This document shows, one piece after another, positions 9,815 to 20,023 of a stretch of 64,000 nucleotides of DNA (the first letter of the stretch is position 1; each line of letters opens with the position of its first letter). The DNA is from a virus, in the IMG/VR virus record IMGVR_UViG_3300025102_000018, positions 1 through 64,000 of that record; one strand, 5' to 3'. Made by a program: the position numbers and the translations under genes. The notes below the pieces were generated by a model. That model ran no database searches. It was not told the origin of the DNA and saw nothing but the letters and a program-made list of their open reading frames with translations.

Positions 9815-12800
9815 ATGGGAGACGGAGCAAGATATCTACAAAAATACCAAGTTATACCTACACCCAGTGGTAAATCAGAAGGTGCCATAATAATTGATTC
9901 AGTTAGTGGTGGAACACCACCCTATGAAATAAGTGTCAGTAAACAAGGTGAATCTTCATTCCAATCAAAAAGCTTTAATCTTTATAATTTATCTGAAGGT
10001 GTTTACGAATTAAGAATACTAGACGCGTTAGGTATGCGAAATACAAATGATATTGAAATTGGGTTATCAGCTTACACACTACCCACTTATTCTGCAGCTG
10101 TAACTAATACTGCATGTACCACAGACTCTAACAAATATTGTGATATAACAATTTATTCTGCGGCTACTAACTGGGAATCTCATGAAGCTATTCTTAAATC
10201 AGCTTATTATTATAATTTATATAAAAATGGTAAAGTAGTTAGAAGTATGAGGGTAAATAGTGGGGATACTACTCAGACTTTTAGTGGTCTCACAAATGGT
10301 GAATATTATTTACAGGTAGTAGACGCGGTTCCTAACACAGAGTATTATGATAGTGGTCAAAATTTTGCTGACGCATGTTGTTCTGGGGTTAACGCAACTT
10401 ATTCAGCAAATACTTTTTTCTCTGCGATAACTTCAGCCTATACAATTAACGCTTATTTTTATCCTGGTAGATTTTGGCCTGGATGGACTTGGTCCCCATT
10501 CCCACCAACAACATATTATACAGGGTTATATAAAGATGGTATAACCAACACTAGAGAAGACATGTGGTTTTTTACAGGTAATTCTACCACGGGAATACTT
10601 GACCAAGTGGAATACACCAATTCCAACCCGAATAGTGCAAGAACTAACACAGACCGATTATGGTATTTAGGTGTTACTGGACAAACTATGTTACCAGGTG
10701 AAGATAAAGGACCAACCGGTCATACAGACCAAGGTCAAGGAGGTGAAGATTTAAGTGGAGGAACTATTACAGGACAAGATTATATAGGTACATTTTTTTA
10801 TAACCCTTATGTTGAAAAATTTATAATGTGGGGTTACAATTCAGGAGCTACTGGATTTGGTTGGATGACTGTAAACCCTACCCATAAAAATTATGACATA
10901 ATACCTTTAGTAGGTTCTAAAAACGCAGCAGGGGTAAGTTTGCCTAACCCAGTGTCAGCCGATAACGTCACTTCAATCGCTACCGTAAGAGATGCGAGAG
11001 TAGGTAGAGGTATGTTTCAGTATTCTGGTGTGGGGAGCCAAGATTTTTATAGTGTAAAAAATTGGGACACTTATGATGTAGCGGGTTGGAGTGATATTTC
11101 AAATGACCTTAACTCACAACATGATACAGGTAATCCAGCGTTACTTTTAGTTAAAAATGATTACAAACAATTTGCTTCTGGAACATCACAATCTATGTTA
11201 TCCCCATGTGAGTATTTAGATTATACTTGGGAAATAACTTATGGAAGTAGTGGTACAACACATAATACTGGTGGAATTATTTTAGCAGCTAAAACAGATG
11301 ATGAAGGTCTTTATGGCGAAAAAGGGGTTACACATCAGTTAAGTTTAGAGTTTTATAGAACTAGTGGTATGACAGTGTATTATAATAGAGCACAAAATGG
11401 TTACGCTTTCCAAAGACCCTTATACGGTCTTAGTGATGATGGGTGTGACGATTCTTTAACTCACGACTACATAACAAAAGACCCTACAAAACCAACCACA
11501 TCTTTAGATGTTGTAAGTGACTTAAATACAGAGTATGTTGGTTTAATAAGGCCCAGACCTACGGTAGTGGGTAAGAAAATAGACGAAGTTAGTTACACAA
11601 CTAATGACACAACAACAGACTCGTGCACTGATAGTGCATATAGAGAATTTGAAGACAAAGTATTAGGTGTAGATGGACCTTATAACGTGGGGAACACCAT
11701 GTCAAGCCAAGGATATATTAGAATAAAAGTTACTAGAAGTGGAAGGTTAGGTGAAGATTTTAAAATAGAAGTAACTAGAACAATGGGTAATAAAGGTGGA
11801 GCACAAGCTAACGCTAGTAAAGGTCCTGGTGACCCTAACCCCTACTATTTAACCATGGAATTTTCACTAATCGACAGTTCAACCTGGACTGGTGCAAAAT
11901 ACAGTGCTCCAAGTTGGGTAACTGGAAATGAATTATTAAAATTTTTAGGGGGTGTTAAAATAGGTTATACATGTGATACCTATCAGTCTACATGGTTTCA
12001 TCCAGAATTTACTGGAAGTTGTAGTACTATAAGTTTACCTTCAGATGAAGACCCTGGAAGTGGTACAAATCTAGGTTCCCAATCAGGGGTAACACTAACT
12101 AATGCGAGTACAAATCATGTTGTAACAACTAAAGATACGTGTAATTTTGACCCTAAATGCACACCTAAAACACCACAAATAAAACCAAGAATGCAAGGAT
12201 ACTTCCAAACATTCAGGAAACCAAATACATTTGTTTCTGGAAGTTCTAAAGATTTAAACTCACTCAAAGATTTAAAAATTTATAATTTATCTGGCGATAC
12301 ATCCGCTAAGTTTAACTTTGTTTTTACAGGTGAAACTTCTGATATAACACTAAAAAGACTTTATCCACAATTAAATATACATAGGTATGAACCACAACAA
12401 AAAAGATTTGCTTTAGTGCCTGACTACAAATATCTTATTGATAATTTAGATACTATTAGTGGTGTTACCTATGATGATTTTTATGGTATAATAACCTATG
12501 GTGCAACGTCAATAGATTATTCTGCAAGTACTTATATTCCTTTTTCCGCTTTATCTACAGGAACTTGTTATGAGTATATTGTTAAACCTAATTTTATTAG
12601 TAAGGATAAAACAACTACAGACCCTGTATGGGTAGAAATTGACCAAAATTTAGACGAAGTTAAATTTACTAGTGAAGACTCTTACTTTGTTTTAACCACA
12701 CCACCACCTAAACCACAATTAAAGATTGATGGGTTAGATTATGGTACTAATGATTCTTGTAGACTGGTACAACAAGGTTATACTGTTAGAGGAATTCCAG

Positions 12801-13681
12801 GTTTTGAATCTAATTCTGCTTTCACTTATTCAGCTATAACTTTAAATTTTGAACCTACGTCACGAATATTAGTAACAGCAAATGGTGTTCTTTTAAAACA
12901 GAGTGACAACAATTTATTCGCACAACTAAGTGGTGATACACAAAGTGGGGATTATATTATACTAAATAATAGAATTTATTTTGCTCCTAAAAGTGTACAA
13001 AATAATGATATAGTTTCTGTGGTTTATCCAGCAACTAAAGGTAAAAGTTACCATAACCAAAACTTTACAGTTGGAGCTGTGGGGACTAGTTCTGGAGCCA
13101 CCCTATATCGAAATAGTCTCTATTATTTTATTAATTTAGAATATGAAGCCGTAGGTGAAGTTGCTATAGCGATTAATGGTACAATACTAACTCAAGGTAT
13201 AGATTATACCAGAGTAGGAGAAAAACTTATACAGTTGATTAAACCTTTATATACGGATACTAATAATCTAAATAGTACTGATGTGATTAATTTATATTAT
13301 TTAACACCTTATATGGTAGTGTCTAACGCGTCAGTAAAAACACCACAATTGGTAGTCCAATACGATAAAACACTTAACTATCAAGAAGAAGTAGAATTAA
13401 ATGTTAGAGATATGTCGGGTAATACCGTACAAACTTTAACCAAAAAAATGAAATTACAGGATTATGGCACAAAAGCTTTTACATTTACTATAGAAGTTCC
13501 TCACCCAGGAACTTATACTTATAATGTGATAAGTAAACGTGAATATCCTTTATTAATAGGAAAAACATTTACACAAAATAATAGTACAAGAAACATTAAA
13601 TTTGTGATGGATAGTACAGTATTCTATTCACCATATAATTTACCAAGAAGTGCGACGGGAAGTAGTGTCACCTATTATTGA
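9815..13681 (+). CDS. Large tail fibre/baseplate-associated protein (N-terminal SprB-like beta repeats)
   Basis: VSGGTPPYEIS...NLSEGVYELRILDA and FSGLTNGEYYLQVVD resemble SprB/PKD-like repeats; C-terminal V.ING..L..G.DY repeats typical of baseplate proteins. Confidence 0.55.
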   Translation: MGDGARYLQKYQVIPTPSGKSEGAIIIDSVSGGTPPYEISVSKQGESSFQSKSFNLYNLSEGVYELRILDALGMRNTNDIEIGLSAYTLPTYSAAVTNTACTTDSNKYCDITIYSAATNWESHEAILKSAYYYNLYKNGKVVRSMRVNSGDTTQTFSGLTNGEYYLQVVDAVPNTEYYDSGQNFADACCSGVNATYSANTFFSAITSAYTINAYFYPGRFWPGWTWSPFPPTTYYTGLYKDGITNTREDMWFFTGNSTTGILDQVEYTNSNPNSARTNTDRLWYLGVTGQTMLPGEDKGPTGHTDQGQGGEDLSGGTITGQDYIGTFFYNPYVEKFIMWGYNSGATGFGWMTVNPTHKNYDIIPLVGSKNAAGVSLPNPVSADNVTSIATVRDARVGRGMFQYSGVGSQDFYSVKNWDTYDVAGWSDISNDLNSQHDTGNPALLLVKNDYKQFASGTSQSMLSPCEYLDYTWEITYGSSGTTHNTGGIILAAKTDDEGLYGEKGVTHQLSLEFYRTSGMTVYYNRAQNGYAFQRPLYGLSDDGCDDSLTHDYITKDPTKPTTSLDVVSDLNTEYVGLIRPRPTVVGKKIDEVSYTTNDTTTDSCTDSAYREFEDKVLGVDGPYNVGNTMSSQGYIRIKVTRSGRLGEDFKIEVTRTMGNKGGAQANASKGPGDPNPYYLTMEFSLIDSSTWTGAKYSAPSWVTGNELLKFLGGVKIGYTCDTYQSTWFHPEFTGSCSTISLPSDEDPGSGTNLGSQSGVTLTNASTNHVVTTKDTCNFDPKCTPKTPQIKPRMQGYFQTFRKPNTFVSGSSKDLNSLKDLKIYNLSGDTSAKFNFVFTGETSDITLKRLYPQLNIHRYEPQQKRFALVPDYKYLIDNLDTISGVTYDDFYGIITYGATSIDYSASTYIPFSALSTGTCYEYIVKPNFISKDKTTTDPVWVEIDQNLDEVKFTSEDSYFVLTTPPPKPQLKIDGLDYGTNDSCRLVQQGYTVRGIPGFESNSAFTYSAITLNFEPTSRILVTANGVLLKQSDNNLFAQLSGDTQSGDYIILNNRIYFAPKSVQNNDIVSVVYPATKGKSYHNQNFTVGAVGTSSGATLYRNSLYYFINLEYEAVGEVAIAINGTILTQGIDYTRVGEKLIQLIKPLYTDTNNLNSTDVINLYYLTPYMVVSNASVKTPQLVVQYDKTLNYQEEVELNVRDMSGNTVQTLTKKMKLQDYGTKAFTFTIEVPHPGTYTYNVISKREYPLLIGKTFTQNNSTRNIKFVMDSTVFYSPYNLPRSATGSSVTYY

Positions 13682-13700
13682 TAATAAAACGACAAAAATA

Positions 13701-13708
13701 ATATTTAT
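13701..13708 (+). promoter_or_regulatory. Putative late promoter ATATTTAT
   Basis: Same 8-mer (or GTATTTAT) lies 4-18 nt upstream of 11 start codons in the window. Confidence 0.65.
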
Positions 13709-13726
13709 ATAGTAAAATAGAGGATT

Positions 13727-16345
13727 ATGAGTTATATTTTAAAAGACAGTTCCCAAGGACAAATAGCGGTTAAACTAACGGATGCCGGTAGAAAAAAATT
13801 ATCTGAAGGAAGACTAAACATAGAGTTATTTCAACTAGGAGACAGTGAATACTGTTATAATTGTTACGATACTTTACCTAATTTATATGCGGGTATTAAC
13901 ATTTTGCAAGCTGAACACAATGCACAAAATTTAAACCCTGTACCAGAATTAAATAAAGGGCATGTTAAATACCCTATACCTATAAATGCTGACAGTAATT
14001 CACAAACTTTTGGTGTAGCACAAGCAAATCATAATGTTGAAGAGGTTTTTAATACCGCAACACAGAGAGGGTTTTTTACTGGAGCAACTACAGCTTGTAC
14101 CTGTGATGTAGATACCACCCTTCCATATGAAATTACTAATTGGTCAGCTAACACTACCTCTGCTTATACCTTAAACGCGAACTGGTGTTTTCCAGCATCT
14201 GCGATGAGTGGTACACAACTAGTTACTTTATTATCCTCAAGTACCTATACTGATACCGGCGCGTTTAGAGAAGCGGGTGGATATACACCAGTACAAGGAG
14301 ACATTCTAGGTATTAGATTTAATTTCTCCAGTGGAGGAACAGGTACCTGTGCTAGTGTTGTGTGTTCTGCAGCTGGACCTACACTATTTTACCAAATAAC
14401 AGATACCGTTGTAACCAATACTGCACAAACCGGAATATGGATAACCGCGACAGTAGATAGAAACGTACCTAATCTGATGCAAGCCGGGGTTTCCTATGGA
14501 GCGACACCTGGCACCTCACAAACAAATTGGAATAATATAGTATCAGGGATTACCGCAGATACGATATCCAATAATGAGGGATTCCCACGTTACTGTGCAT
14601 GTGTACAAGTATACCCCGCAGTATCTGGTGGTACCTATAGTGCTAATTCTGAAAATCCATTTTTAACCTGGTATAGTTCAGATACCCCCATACCTTATTG
14701 GTCCCCTGGGTCATTACAGTTTGAAAATAATTGTGATGTTTCGGTTGCGGATGTAAAAGTATGGAATATGAATGTACCTTGGACGGAACAGGTAGCTGGT
14801 GTAGACAGCACCAACCAAGGGTATGAATCTTATAACTACTACGGTTCTACAGGTTTTTGTGGTACAAAAGAATATCTAGGATATAAAAGTGATACAGGAC
14901 AAATAGATAGTGGTGATGTAGCTGACTTTTATAACTCAAATCAAATTAGTTCTTCATGGTATTATGATTCTTATAAACATGTAAGGACGGTTATGCCTTC
15001 ACAACAAAAAACAATTGCTATTTTTAATTATACAAATCAAACCATATCTAATTTTTATGGTGAAAAATTTGCACTTAAGAAAAATGGAACTACTACAACG
15101 GGGATAGGAGAAGCTACTAATTTTAAAATATCTTTCCCATGGTTAATGTGGCATAAAAAGAGAGTAACTGGAACAGGTTCTGGTGATGAAGGTACATTTG
15201 GGCAATGTTTTTATGTTGACCCACAAATTAACAGTGTATTCCCAGACGCTCCTAATGTAATGCAATCTAGTGTTAATGACAATATGAACGAATTTCCAGG
15301 TTTAAGGTATTATTATTTATGGGACGACAATCAAGGACCTATGATGTCATCTACCGGACAAACTACGGTAGGACCAAATCCCGTAGGAAAGGTTTGGCCT
15401 GATTTAAAAATAATAACTATTCATGATGAAGAATTAGTTGCAGCTTTATCCTATAAATCTAATAGAAGTTGGACACTTCCAGCCCCAACAGTTAAAAAAA
15501 TAAATGCTGGTACTAACTGTGTGGGTTCAGCATCTACTATAGGTGCTTTCACCAATCCAAATTCGACAATGTACCTAACGTATTTGATGGAGAGTAATAG
15601 TGGACTTACAACAGGGTTACACTGTAATTATTATATTCCAGTAGAAGGTCCAGGTCCTGGATTAACACAAGACTTAGAAATAAGGTTTGGTCAAGAATTC
15701 CCTTATTTACGACCATGGCAAGCTCAACCTACAAATGCTGATATTGGTCAAATAGATAATGATAGTCAGGCAGCGGGGATTAATTGGGGAGCATCCTCAG
15801 GGGGTACCGGATGGCAAGCTAATAAAGTGTGGTTACTATTCCAAGAAGTAATAGGTAGTGACCAACCTTCACCAAATCTATGGAAAAAAACAGAAGTTAC
15901 CCAATTAATTCCAAGTGCATACAACACTTATGGAAATCAAATTCATGGGTCAGCTATGACACAAGCGGATACAGTGTTTTACTTAACAGCAGCAAATATA
16001 GCTACCGCTACCACATATACTTTAAACGATTATATTAAAGTACCATCTGCAACAACAGAAAGTACAGAACTTCAATTTGGTGACGAGTACTTTATGTACG
16101 GTGCATTAGATACTGATATTATGGCCACAATATACGAAATGAGATATAATGTTAATATAGGTAATAACCAATTTGTAACATCTGTGAACCCTACTTGGCC
16201 TGGGGCTTCAGAAGATATAAAAATAACGGAAATTGGGTTATTTGATAATGAAAATGGCATACCTGATTTAATGGCGATAGCCAAATTCCAGTCACCAGTT
16301 ATCAGAAATTCAGCCCAACAATTTGTATTAAGTTTGGATTTCTAA
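13727..16345 (+). CDS. Tail-collar/fibre-like structural protein
   Basis: N-terminal KLTDAGRKKL...FQLGDSE and C-terminal ITEIGLFD...LMAIAK resemble the phage tail-collar fibre (DUF3751/P2 gpH N-terminal) motifs. Confidence 0.55.
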   Translation: MSYILKDSSQGQIAVKLTDAGRKKLSEGRLNIELFQLGDSEYCYNCYDTLPNLYAGINILQAEHNAQNLNPVPELNKGHVKYPIPINADSNSQTFGVAQANHNVEEVFNTATQRGFFTGATTACTCDVDTTLPYEITNWSANTTSAYTLNANWCFPASAMSGTQLVTLLSSSTYTDTGAFREAGGYTPVQGDILGIRFNFSSGGTGTCASVVCSAAGPTLFYQITDTVVTNTAQTGIWITATVDRNVPNLMQAGVSYGATPGTSQTNWNNIVSGITADTISNNEGFPRYCACVQVYPAVSGGTYSANSENPFLTWYSSDTPIPYWSPGSLQFENNCDVSVADVKVWNMNVPWTEQVAGVDSTNQGYESYNYYGSTGFCGTKEYLGYKSDTGQIDSGDVADFYNSNQISSSWYYDSYKHVRTVMPSQQKTIAIFNYTNQTISNFYGEKFALKKNGTTTTGIGEATNFKISFPWLMWHKKRVTGTGSGDEGTFGQCFYVDPQINSVFPDAPNVMQSSVNDNMNEFPGLRYYYLWDDNQGPMMSSTGQTTVGPNPVGKVWPDLKIITIHDEELVAALSYKSNRSWTLPAPTVKKINAGTNCVGSASTIGAFTNPNSTMYLTYLMESNSGLTTGLHCNYYIPVEGPGPGLTQDLEIRFGQEFPYLRPWQAQPTNADIGQIDNDSQAAGINWGASSGGTGWQANKVWLLFQEVIGSDQPSPNLWKKTEVTQLIPSAYNTYGNQIHGSAMTQADTVFYLTAANIATATTYTLNDYIKVPSATTESTELQFGDEYFMYGALDTDIMATIYEMRYNVNIGNNQFVTSVNPTWPGASEDIKITEIGLFDNENGIPDLMAIAKFQSPVIRNSAQQFVLSLDF

Positions 16346-17358
16346 TGGGATTTATAAGTACTGCGACAACGCAAACAATATATTTAAAATTTACCGACTA
16401 CGGTAAGTACCTACTAGCTACTAAAGGTTTTAGTCAAATTTTAAAATCTTTTGGGTTATCTGATAATGATGTAGATTATAGAAGGTTTAATACTGGACAT
16501 TCCTTCATTCAAACAGATGATACTAGTTTTATTGATTGTGGTGGTCCGACCCATGCTTATCCTTGTTCTGGACAAACAATACAAACTGCACCAGGAGGTC
16601 ACGGTGTAGAAAGACTTTCAGGTTGTTGTTTCCATAATTATCCATTAGAAAGAGGTGCAACATATACTATAGGTACAAACTTAAATGCAGGCGTTACAGC
16701 TATTGCTGCTGATACAGTCATAAAAGAAACGGTTTGTAATTTAGGGGTTATGAAGGGATGTAGTGTAGATGTCACAAATACTCTTATATCTGAACATTCT
16801 AAATCATGTCCCGATGAAAATTTTTCTACGTTACATTGGAATTACTCAACCCCAACACCTTCTGTATGTTTTGACCCTGGATATAATGCAACTACTTTTG
16901 GAATTGTTGCGGGCTGTGAATGTTTTGATTATAATAATGATGGTACTTGGGATACCGATATAGATATGACTACTTCCTGGATGTCCTTCAATATGTGGTC
17001 ACAAGGAATTAACGGAATGCCTATGGCAACTGGTGGTGTTTTTGGTGATATTAATGGTGATGGACAAATGAATTGTGATGACCTGGCGTATGCGTTGTGT
17101 TGTCATTGTTATAAAAACGGTACACTCCAAAACGGAACTTACCCTAGTAACAATATAAATAATTTCGTAGCGGGGTATTATAATCAGGGATGTCCTTCAC
17201 TAAGTTGTACATCACTTGGATTCCCAAATAACTGTCCACATAATGTACCGATATCAGGGCCTGGTCCTGGACCCACAATACCACCTGTAGTTAATACACC
17301 AACTGGTGGAAGTGGTGCTGGAGGTATGTCTTCTGGTGGTAGAGGAGGTGGATATTAA
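16345..17358 (+). CDS. Structural protein with dockerin/EF-hand-like Ca-binding loops
   Basis: N-terminus paralogous to 13727 and 17430; DYNNDGTWD and GDINGDGQMNCDDL; ends GGRGGGY. Confidence 0.5.
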   Translation: MGFISTATTQTIYLKFTDYGKYLLATKGFSQILKSFGLSDNDVDYRRFNTGHSFIQTDDTSFIDCGGPTHAYPCSGQTIQTAPGGHGVERLSGCCFHNYPLERGATYTIGTNLNAGVTAIAADTVIKETVCNLGVMKGCSVDVTNTLISEHSKSCPDENFSTLHWNYSTPTPSVCFDPGYNATTFGIVAGCECFDYNNDGTWDTDIDMTTSWMSFNMWSQGINGMPMATGGVFGDINGDGQMNCDDLAYALCCHCYKNGTLQNGTYPSNNINNFVAGYYNQGCPSLSCTSLGFPNNCPHNVPISGPGPGPTIPPVVNTPTGGSGAGGMSSGGRGGGY

Positions 17359-17429
17359 TAAGATGAAGACTAATAATATGTTTACAATAAAAAAGAACTT
17401 CGTAATAATTATATAAAAAGAATAATAAT

Positions 17430-19601
17430 ATGGGATTTGTACAATCAGCGTCAACGCAATACATACAAACTGTTTTAACTAACTATGGTAGAGGATTACT
17501 AGTCAGTGGTACAACAACAGGTCTTGGTGGTCTAACTAACTTTGTTAAAAAATTCGGTTTATCAGATATAGACATAGATTACAGACAAACAAGTTTGACA
17601 GGGCATACAGCTCAATTAGGTTTTATACCAGACGTTACAGGTGATTTATGTGATTGTTGTAATGGATTAAATGATGGGTATTTACAATCTTCTTATTTAT
17701 GCTGGCAAGGATGTAGTACTGTAACACCACAAGCTAAACAAATGTTAGTGGGTATAAAGAAAAATGCTACTACACCTATTAACTATTATGATATAGCTGA
17801 AGTAGATGTTTATTTACATGATTATTTTGCTTTATTAAAATTGGTTTCTAATTTATACGCTTATGACCAAGAATTATTCTGGAAAGGTAATTCTTTACCT
17901 AGTGCAACAGCATCAGATTTTGAAACTGAAGCTGCACAAAAACTAGGGTTAGGAGCGAGTCCTAATTCTACAACTATAGGGGGAGCATTAAAATATTTAG
18001 GTAAATCGGTAAATGAAGGTGGTTATGGTAGGGGAGTTTTCTTAGATTTTTGGGACGACACCCTAGTTTATGACCCTACTTCAGGAGCACAAACTAAAGA
18101 AAATGTAGAAATAAGTTTTGGTAGTCAGATAGATAACAATAATCACCAAATATTAGCTGGAGGAAGTTACTTATTCTCACAGGGTCCTGCGTCTACATGG
18201 AGTACACCAGGAGCACAAAACAATATGTCCCCTGACTTAGATTTTGCAAATGGAGCATATATGGATATAAGTCAATTAACCCCTAATGTTTATGGTAATA
18301 CAACCATTCAAAAAGGTGGTGTATCACCATGGACAATATCTTTTAATCATGCTACTACTTCTGGTCCTGGTCCTGGGGCAGTTTATAAAGGAGCGGGTCC
18401 TGCAGGAATAGGATTCCCAATTACAGACATTGGGTATATGGCATTACCAACATACGAAACCTACGGTCAACCAGGACCTACTGTACCCGGTTCAGCCGGT
18501 CAAGCTCAAACATGGGATAATTCTTCGGGTGTTCAATACCCTTACCCATACTGGCCAACTAGTAACCAAGACATTATAGACGCGGGAGGATTTTGGTCCA
18601 ATGAAATATATTTTATAGGTTATTCTAACCCCTACCAAATGGAAAATATGTTTGGAATCACACAACCTAATGCAACTGGAAATTGGGTTACCCCAAATGG
18701 TACATCATTACAATTTGAAATTATGGGTGACAGTAATGCCCCTCTATATCGGGCGGTTAATTATTACGTACCAACACTAAGACAACATATAATACCAAAT
18801 TCAAATGATGATACAGCAAACGGTTATTATATACCAAGACCTGAAAGTATAGCAACTCAACTGCATTCAAATAGTACTTATGATATGCCTACAGTGAGTC
18901 AAGGGCCACAAATGATTTACACACCAGCTGTAGGACACTCCCCTATGAGTACATTAGGTTATTTTGGTACCACATTAGAATACTTTCACTTGGAGACAGC
19001 GACTCACACTGGAGTAGGCACAGCAGCTCTAGGTGGAACAGTAACAGTACCTAGTACTAGTCATGTTAATTATGGGGGTAATGATGCAGCGAGTGTTTAT
19101 GGTGGTGGAGTTTATTATACTTGGTTTACTAGAAAAATGATAATGAATGATTGGTTGTTGGATGCTGTTGGAAAAAACGGTTCTATGGCATTCCCTACTT
19201 TCGCATCTGTCTTTTCCGCGAAAAGTAGTAGTAATCTGGTTAATATAGGATTTAACGCAGGGGATGTTGATGAATTTAATATTAGTATTCCAGTTACTTA
19301 TAATATCCATTCTGCTGATGACCCTACGGTTTTACCAGCACTAGTTAAAGTTAATTTTATATATAATAAAGTTGCAGCTTTACAAAGTTTAGGTTATTCA
19401 GGTGTTACAGCATCATACGGGAGTAGTCTTGTACCGTATTACCGTTTATTTGATAAAACAGAAGTTAAATTTTATGGTGAAGATGGTGATTCTTCTAATA
19501 TATCTTCTATTACTCCAGCAACTGACGCCTTCCAAGAAGATAACGGTTCAGGTAATAAGATATTTAGAAAAATACACTCTACTTCTAACCAAGTTATATA
19601 A
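17430..19601 (+). CDS. Structural (fibre/baseplate) protein
   Basis: N-terminal VLTNYGRGLL...KKFGLSDIDIDY paralogous to upstream genes; G/S/T-rich. Confidence 0.5.
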   Translation: MGFVQSASTQYIQTVLTNYGRGLLVSGTTTGLGGLTNFVKKFGLSDIDIDYRQTSLTGHTAQLGFIPDVTGDLCDCCNGLNDGYLQSSYLCWQGCSTVTPQAKQMLVGIKKNATTPINYYDIAEVDVYLHDYFALLKLVSNLYAYDQELFWKGNSLPSATASDFETEAAQKLGLGASPNSTTIGGALKYLGKSVNEGGYGRGVFLDFWDDTLVYDPTSGAQTKENVEISFGSQIDNNNHQILAGGSYLFSQGPASTWSTPGAQNNMSPDLDFANGAYMDISQLTPNVYGNTTIQKGGVSPWTISFNHATTSGPGPGAVYKGAGPAGIGFPITDIGYMALPTYETYGQPGPTVPGSAGQAQTWDNSSGVQYPYPYWPTSNQDIIDAGGFWSNEIYFIGYSNPYQMENMFGITQPNATGNWVTPNGTSLQFEIMGDSNAPLYRAVNYYVPTLRQHIIPNSNDDTANGYYIPRPESIATQLHSNSTYDMPTVSQGPQMIYTPAVGHSPMSTLGYFGTTLEYFHLETATHTGVGTAALGGTVTVPSTSHVNYGGNDAASVYGGGVYYTWFTRKMIMNDWLLDAVGKNGSMAFPTFASVFSAKSSSNLVNIGFNAGDVDEFNISIPVTYNIHSADDPTVLPALVKVNFIYNKVAALQSLGYSGVTASYGSSLVPYYRLFDKTEVKFYGEDGDSSNISSITPATDAFQEDNGSGNKIFRKIHSTSNQVI

Positions 19602-19625
19602 AAATAAAAATTAAAAAAAGAAAAT

Positions 19626-20012
19626 ATGCCAACTAACGATTATTGGGACAATATGTTTAGACCAGAAATGTCACGAACCACTACACAAGGTAACCAGTTT
19701 GGTAGTTCACCAAGTGCTACAAAAATAAGTTACGTAGAAAAATGGGCCTACCCAGACGAACAATATCCTAAATTTAAAGATACTTCAGCTCAATCGACTT
19801 ATCAATTTGGTCGTTACCTTAACGAATATTATAATGCATATATTCCAGCTAGTTATATGTCATCGGTATCAGCCGGAGACGACCAACCTAGTAGAGTATT
19901 TTTCTTTCAGTTCGTAGATGATACTACATCCATACCTTCTAACTCAGTAGGGTTTCATTTTCCAGGTAGGACCAGTCTAAGCTATGACATAACTAATCAC
20001 AAATACATTTAA
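19626..20012 (+). CDS. Hypothetical structural protein
   Basis: 128 aa ORF with A-rich leader in the structural block. Confidence 0.45.
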   Translation: MPTNDYWDNMFRPEMSRTTTQGNQFGSSPSATKISYVEKWAYPDEQYPKFKDTSAQSTYQFGRYLNEYYNAYIPASYMSSVSAGDDQPSRVFFFQFVDDTTSIPSNSVGFHFPGRTSLSYDITNHKYI

Positions 20013-20023
20013 AATAAAAAATT

